IMG/VR virus record: IMGVR_UViG_3300021387_000081
Span: 1-35,504 of that record
Origin: a virus
Strand: one strand, 5' to 3'
DNA length: 35,504 nucleotides
The stretch's first letter is position 1, and each line of letters begins with the position of its first letter. Shown piece by piece: positions 31,750 to 35,504 of the stretch. The notes beneath the pieces are model-generated. The model was not told where the DNA came from and made no database searches. It saw only the letters and a program-made list of their open reading frames with translations. Both the position numbers and the translations under genes were made by a program.

Positions 31750-32385
31750 ATGGATAATAATTGGTTCATGGACTACGCGGAACATGCGGTCAGAGTGATA
31801 GACATCGAGACACACTGGTATGAATTACGCGGCTGGATAACAAAAAACGGAAGGCATATACTGATTGGTGAAGAAGGCAGTTCTTCCGGCGGAGCAGGCA
31901 AGAGTATTGACAAATCTGCGAAAAGTGGTATAATAAAATCAGGAGCGGTGAGTGGTGCATTATCTCCTGCCAGCAAAGAAGCACAGGCTCATGCTGAGCA
32001 ATACTATGAGTCTGTTCGTAAAATGAAAACAGATGTAAAAAACATCTCAAATAATACCGGCTTTAGTGAAAGCGACATTTTGCAAATAAAGAATCATGTA
32101 TTCATAGAAGAACATGATTTGGGCGGAGACGTCCCAGAGCGTTTTTATCCCAATTATGCTATGGCTCAATCATGGCAAAGGCTTATTGAGGGTAAAAACA
32201 TCCAGAAGCACGATATTACACTGCTTCATCACGAAAAAATGGAAAGCGATTTGATGAAGAAGGGCTTATCTCAGATAAAAGCTCATAGTATATCTGAGAA
32301 AAAGTTTAATTATGCTAAAGAAAGTAGGGAGTATTATGCTGAGATTAATAAACATAGCGATAGGACTAAAAACAATCGAAGCTGA
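31750..32385 (+). CDS. Type-2 leader, Gly/Ser linker and an unrecognised C-terminal domain
   Basis: 211 aa. The leader is WFMDYAEHAVRVIDIETHWYELRGWITKNGRHILIG. The C-terminal region ...IKNHVFIEEHDLGG..PERFYPNYAMAQSWQRLIEGKNIQKHDITLLHHEKMESDL has no homology to the other cassettes. ATG 31750 follows gaggtgg. Confidence 0.7.
   Translation: MDNNWFMDYAEHAVRVIDIETHWYELRGWITKNGRHILIGEEGSSSGGAGKSIDKSAKSGIIKSGAVSGALSPASKEAQAHAEQYYESVRKMKTDVKNISNNTGFSESDILQIKNHVFIEEHDLGGDVPERFYPNYAMAQSWQRLIEGKNIQKHDITLLHHEKMESDLMKKGLSQIKAHSISEKKFNYAKESREYYAEINKHSDRTKNNRS
31762..31868 (+). repeat. 107-nt direct repeat (leader coding), partner at 29219-29325
   Basis: See the partner repeat. A 40-nt block tacgcggaacatgcggtcagagtgatagacatcgagacac is identical in both. 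Confidence 0.9.
31907..31934 (+). promoter_or_regulatory. Extended -10 consensus promoter inside the linker codons (KSIDKSAKSGII)
   Basis: TTGACA at 31907-31912, a 16-nt spacer ending in tgg, and TATAAT at 31929-31934. Confidence 0.55.
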
Positions 32386-32584
32386 TTATATCCCTGAAAA
32401 TAGTGATAAGTCAGCACATATAACGCTTGATATAAAAACAAGGGATTATACTGCCGAGAGTATCAAAGAATTCGGTTCAATGTATGGCAGAATGGCTGCA
32501 AACGGGCTTATAAGGACCCTTGATGAGCTAAAAAGCGGCAAGAGGAAAGAAATTCCCGAAGAAAGACTTGTTATGTGGTATTAA
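32336..32584 (+). CDS. 82-aa protein overlapping the 3' end of the upstream variable domain, candidate cognate partner
   Basis: ATG 32336 lies 5 nt after agggag and overlaps the upstream gene by 50 nt. AT-rich. Confidence 0.5.
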   Translation: MLRLINIAIGLKTIEADYIPENSDKSAHITLDIKTRDYTAESIKEFGSMYGRMAANGLIRTLDELKSGKRKEIPEERLVMWY

Positions 32585-32604
32585 TACCTAAGGTGGGAGG
32601 ATTA

Positions 32605-32721
32605 ATGAAAGTTAAGTACACTGGTAAAACAAGTTTTCTTGTTCTGACAAACGGAAAGATATATGATGTCATTTCTGTCGAAAAAGGTTGGTACAGAATC
32701 AAAGACGACAAAGGTGCTTAA
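32605..32721 (+). CDS. 38-aa short paralogue of the ORF at 34721-34882
   Basis: MKVKYTGKTSFLVLTNGKIYDVISVEKGWYRIKDDKGA compared with MKVKYIGKQYLDTAFEKDKIYEVISVEKGWYRIMTELDEDYLFPPECFEIVEE. SD ggtgggagg. Confidence 0.45.
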   Translation: MKVKYTGKTSFLVLTNGKIYDVISVEKGWYRIKDDKGA

Positions 32722-32811
32722 AGCAACTAAAAAAGGTGAATATCGTGATAACGAATACCGAACGGTAGTAAATAAATTCCTTGATAATCAGCAGAAAGGT
32801 GGGCTTTTTGA

Positions 32812-32922
32812 ATGGAAGAAATGAATGTAGTTCTTGACGGATCAAATAAGGAAGGCTCTGAGAGACTTGCTGAAATGATCAAAAGACTTGAGGAAGAAAA
32901 GAAAAAAGATAAGACCGTCTGA
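32812..32922 (+). CDS. 36-aa charged peptide (speculative)
   Basis: SD aaaggtggg lies 8 nt upstream. The stop lies inside the T3 stem. Confidence 0.3.
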   Translation: MEEMNVVLDGSNKEGSERLAEMIKRLEEEKKKDKTV

Positions 32923-32944
32923 GAGATCAGGCGGTTTTCTTATG
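32914..32944 (+). terminator. Intrinsic terminator T3 (family GCGGTTTTCTTATG)
   Basis: accgtctga/tcaggcggt stem with loop gaga, followed by tttcttatg. Confidence 0.7.
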
Positions 32945-32983
32945 CCTATATTAAAACGCGAAGTGAAGTAAACAACGCTTGAA

Positions 32984-33030
32984 AGCATTTGTGACCGGCA
33001 CCAATGTCGGCTGCAAGTGCTGTTTTTATA
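32984..33030 (+). promoter_or_regulatory. Conserved extended hairpin plus U-tract, copy C (upstream of portal)
   Basis: agcatttgt (32984-32992) pairs with gcaagtgct (33013-33021). Inner stem is ccggca/tgtcgg, followed by gtttttata. Confidence 0.65.
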
Positions 33031-33047
33031 TCCAAACCACGAAAGGA

Positions 33048-34724
33048 GTGGTCAAAATAGGACTTTTCAGACGAAAAAAGCGGCAGGAAATAAGGGCGGA
33101 TACAGCTCAGAACGGCGAAAACACCATACTGACGTTCTTCGGACTGACCGGAGAACTTACGCGGGAGGCTGCGCTGAGCATACCGACGGTATCAGCCTGC
33201 ATCGGCAAGATAGGGGAGACCATATCGCGGCTGCCGGTGAAGCTTTACAGGAAGGATGAAGAGCAGGTCACGGAGATATCCGACGATGACCGGCTGAAGC
33301 TGCTCAACGGCAGCACCGGCGACACTCTCAGCACTGTTGACATGTGGAAAGCAGCGGTGGAGGACTACTACCTCGGGCGCGGAGCATGGATATACGTCAA
33401 CAGCGACGGTCTGAGTGTCCGGAGCCTGCACTATGTGGACAGCCGGAACGTGAGCATCATGTGCAACAATGATCCGATATTCAAGGCATTCAGAGTGCAG
33501 ATAAACGCGCAGAACTATTATGATTTCCAGTTTATCAAGCTGCTGAGGAAGACGCGGGACGGCTACACGAACATCCCGTTGCAGGAGGAGGCATCCTCGG
33601 TACTTTCGGCAGCGTGGAACGCTCTGAAGCTGGAGAACATGATGAACTCCAACGGCGGCTGCAAGCCGGGCTTCCTGAAAGCGAAGAACAGGCTCTCGGA
33701 TGCGGCGATAGCAGCGATCAGGGAAGGTTACCAGAAGGTCTATGACAACGAGCAGAAGCGTGACAAGATAATCGTGCTGAATGACGGTGTTGACTTCGAG
33801 GCGATATCCTCAACGGCTGCGGAGCTCCAGATGAACGAGAATAAGAAGACCAACAGCATCGAGATCTGCAAGCTGTTCGGCTTCCCTCATACGGTCATTG
33901 ACGGCGGAGCATCCGATGACGACAACAAGAAGTTCATTTCGGCGGTCATATCGCTCCTGAATCAGATCGAGACAGAGCTGGACAACGTTCTCCTGCTTGA
34001 ATCCGAGAAGGAGCAGGGGTATTACTGGGCGTTTGATACCAAGGAACTGACACGCGGCAGTCTTCTTGAACGTATGCAGGCTTATGAGATAGCCAAGCGG
34101 AACAACATCCTGCAGGTGGATGAGATCCGCCGGGAAGAGGACTATGAGCCTCTCGGCTTCAACTATATCACCCTCGGTCTTGCTGATGTTCTCCTTGATC
34201 CTGTTACTATGGAGGTCTATACCCCCAATACCGGACAGACAAAGAACCTTGTTACCGGTGAGGAACGGGCACTTACAGAGCTGAGGTACCGCCAATATAT
34301 CCAAGGTCCTGACGGAAAGATGCAGGGGAGCAGAAGCGTAGGCGGAGGAAGAGCGACGAAAAAGGTTGACAAATCCAAAAAAACTGATATAATAAAATTA
34401 GAGGATATTGAGGTCGGAAAGTCACTTGGAGCAAAGGCTAAAAACTATGACATTATGGATTTGGAAACGGGTGAACATTTTAACCTTGTTGAAAGGACCA
34501 GTTTGCAAGATGTTGAGGTCTTTGCTGGAAAGGGCGTTAAATCTGAGTTCCGAAAAGCTGATAAATATGCTAAAAAATACGGCGGTAAAGCCAAAGATTG
34601 GCAACACGCTAAAGGCACAGGAACTGTAGATTATTACGGTGAAGGGCGAAAAGCTGAATTACACTGGGCACAGTGTGAAGGTATAGGAAAACACGATTTT
34701 TTCATAAAGAGGTGGTTGGAATGA
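33048..34724 (+). CDS. Portal protein (HK97 family) with a roughly 130-aa C-terminal leader-linker-toxin-like extension (start uncertain: GTG 33048 or ATA 33057)
   Basis: The portal core includes ALSIPTVSACIGKIGETISRLPVKLY. After ELRYRQYIQGPDGKMQGSRSVGGG comes an AT-rich domain VGKSLGAKAKNYDIMDLETGEHF...WQHAKGTGTVDYYGEGRKAELHWAQ...FFIKRWLE, which resembles C-terminal toxin domains seen on MuF/gp7 head proteins. Confidence 0.85.
   Translation: MVKIGLFRRKKRQEIRADTAQNGENTILTFFGLTGELTREAALSIPTVSACIGKIGETISRLPVKLYRKDEEQVTEISDDDRLKLLNGSTGDTLSTVDMWKAAVEDYYLGRGAWIYVNSDGLSVRSLHYVDSRNVSIMCNNDPIFKAFRVQINAQNYYDFQFIKLLRKTRDGYTNIPLQEEASSVLSAAWNALKLENMMNSNGGCKPGFLKAKNRLSDAAIAAIREGYQKVYDNEQKRDKIIVLNDGVDFEAISSTAAELQMNENKKTNSIEICKLFGFPHTVIDGGASDDDNKKFISAVISLLNQIETELDNVLLLESEKEQGYYWAFDTKELTRGSLLERMQAYEIAKRNNILQVDEIRREEDYEPLGFNYITLGLADVLLDPVTMEVYTPNTGQTKNLVTGEERALTELRYRQYIQGPDGKMQGSRSVGGGRATKKVDKSKKTDIIKLEDIEVGKSLGAKAKNYDIMDLETGEHFNLVERTSLQDVEVFAGKGVKSEFRKADKYAKKYGGKAKDWQHAKGTGTVDYYGEGRKAELHWAQCEGIGKHDFFIKRWLE
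34366..34393 (+). promoter_or_regulatory. Extended -10 consensus promoter inside the portal linker codons (KKVDKSKKTDII)
   Basis: TTGACA at 34366-34371, a 16-nt spacer ending in tga, and TATAAT at 34388-34393. Confidence 0.55.
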
Positions 34725-34882
34725 AAGTCAAATATATAGGTAAACAGTATTTAGATACAGCTTTTGAAAAAGACAAAATATATGAAGTTATTTCGGTTGA
34801 AAAAGGCTGGTATAGGATAATGACTGAGCTTGACGAAGATTATCTTTTTCCACCTGAATGCTTTGAAATCGTAGAAGAATAA
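34721..34882 (+). CDS. 53-aa small protein, candidate cognate partner, paralogue of 32605-32721
   Basis: ATGA overlap with the portal stop. SD agaggtgg. Confidence 0.55.
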   Translation: MKVKYIGKQYLDTAFEKDKIYEVISVEKGWYRIMTELDEDYLFPPECFEIVEE

Positions 34883-34945
34883 AGAAAACAAGCGTAATCT
34901 ATAATTCTAAGGGCAACTTCCTCACGTTTGAAAGGGAGTGAGCAT

Positions 34946-35212
34946 ATGTGTAAACTTTTTGATGAATGGGCATCAGAGATTGAGATGTTTTGTCAGAAAA
35001 ATGATCTCAGCTTTGACAAGGCAAAGACACTTTCGCAGTGTTGGGGAAAAGACGATCTTATCTTGCAGTACTACGATAAAGAAAAGGGGAAAAACGGACT
35101 GCTCGATGAAACACCTATGCCTGTTGTTCTCTGGATAAAACGTGATAAGAATGGAAATCTTTCATTTGAAAAAACTGAGCATACTGAAAAATACCTTGGA
35201 AAAGTTTCCTAA
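34946..35212 (+). CDS. 88-aa hypothetical protein (cassette cargo)
   Basis: ATG 34946 lies 7 nt after agggag. It is followed directly by terminator T2. Confidence 0.6.
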   Translation: MCKLFDEWASEIEMFCQKNDLSFDKAKTLSQCWGKDDLILQYYDKEKGKNGLLDETPMPVVLWIKRDKNGNLSFEKTEHTEKYLGKVS

Positions 35213-35221
35213 TACTTCAAA

Positions 35222-35251
35222 ACCGCCCTCACTGAGAGCGGTTTTCTTATG
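35222..35251 (+). terminator. Intrinsic terminator T2 (family GCGGTTTTCTTATG)
   Basis: accgccctca/tgagagcggt followed by ttttcttatg. It differs from T1 at one loop base. Confidence 0.7.
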
Positions 35252-35274
35252 TCCATTTGAAGGAGGTGAGGAGA

Positions 35275-35504
35275 ATGGACGAGAAAGCCTTACAGATAGT
35301 CAGAGATTATATATTTGCACATCTCGACAAGACGGATACTGTTCCGCCTTTTGATGTCTATATGGTCTGGAAGTGCAAAGCCTTGCAGAACTGGAAGTAT
35401 CTTATCTCCAGTACGCTGTGCGACGGTATGTACTATGAGCTGACATACAACGGCGACAAGAAGGAATGGTATCTCGACGCTTACAAGAAGTTCGAGAATG
35501 TTGT
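35275..35504 (+). CDS. Small conserved phage protein (79 aa in total; continues at 1-120)
   Basis: ATG 35275 follows aggaggtgag. Translation MDEKALQIVRDYIFAHLDKTDTVPPFDVYMVWKCKALQNWKYLISSTLCDGMYYELTYNGDKKEWYLDAYKK resembles a widespread head-module hypothetical family. Confidence 0.75.
   Translation, partial: MDEKALQIVRDYIFAHLDKTDTVPPFDVYMVWKCKALQNWKYLISSTLCDGMYYELTYNGDKKEWYLDAYKKFENV
35398..35504. repeat. Terminal overlap identical to 1-107
   Basis: See feature 1-107. Confidence 0.95.

Noticed and set aside
32979-33047. TTG 32979 as the portal start.
   Set aside because: It has no SD, and the segment is the conserved hairpin C, which is clearly non-coding upstream of the protease and capsid genes.
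34408-34629. Alternate-frame 73-aa ORF inside the portal extension as a hidden immunity gene.
   Set aside because: The K/L-rich sequence is what an AT-rich region gives in any frame. The SD is weak, and there is no support beyond the ORF being open.
1-35504. Searched for diversity-generating retroelement, retron, CRISPR-Cas, restriction-modification or transposase/IS signatures.
   Set aside because: No reverse transcriptase, Cas, methyltransferase or transposase-like ORF was recognised. The only recombinase is the tyrosine integrase.

Overview
This window is a complete, circularly closed genome of a temperate HK97-like siphovirus. Bases 1-107 are identical to 35398-35504, so the unique length is 35397 bp. 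The host is probably a spore-forming Firmicute or Clostridia-type bacterium (inference from strong GGAGG-type ribosome-binding sites (SD), the ImmA/ImmR switch, a GH25 lysin and a Spo0A-like gene). The plus strand from 0.2 to 13.5 kb carries the prohead protease, major capsid, connector, head-closure and tail-completion genes, and the major tail gene. These are followed by a G/GT chaperone with a CCCAAAC -1 frameshift, the tape measure, Dit, an extra beta-helix protein, Tal and a fibre. Two holin-like genes and a GH25 endolysin complete the block. From 13.5 to 16 kb lies a lysogenic-conversion block: a self-contained moron, then minus-strand Rha-like, RHH and receiver-less Spo0A DNA-binding-domain genes, interleaved with two plus-strand promoter-terminator sRNA-like units. 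From 16 to 20 kb lie attP (an Ala-type tRNA/tmRNA 3' fragment with its own terminator and arm repeats), a tyrosine integrase, and an ImmA/ImmR-type switch with a duplicated promoter-operator. From 20 to 27.8 kb lie the early genes: Cro-like, RecT, SMC-like ATPase, PD-(D/E)XK, ERCC4, SSB, a replication organizer with internal iterons, and a late regulator. From 27.9 to 35.4 kb lie tRNA(CAT), Lar-like, HNH, terS, terL and portal. The most unusual feature is that the packaging/head module is threaded with four paralogous cassettes. Each consists of a conserved leader, a Gly/Ser linker, and then an unrelated C-terminal (toxin/nuclease-like) domain, usually followed by small partner ORFs. Two cassettes are free-standing and flank terL, one is fused to the portal C-terminus, and one follows the protease after an in-frame TGA. 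Each cassette has a consensus extended -10 sigma-70 promoter written into the linker codons, and each ends at a shared terminator family. Portal, protease and capsid genes are each preceded by a second conserved extended hairpin. A roughly 155-nt highly structured RNA unit sits between terS and terL. All family names are from pattern recognition without database access and need HMM confirmation.
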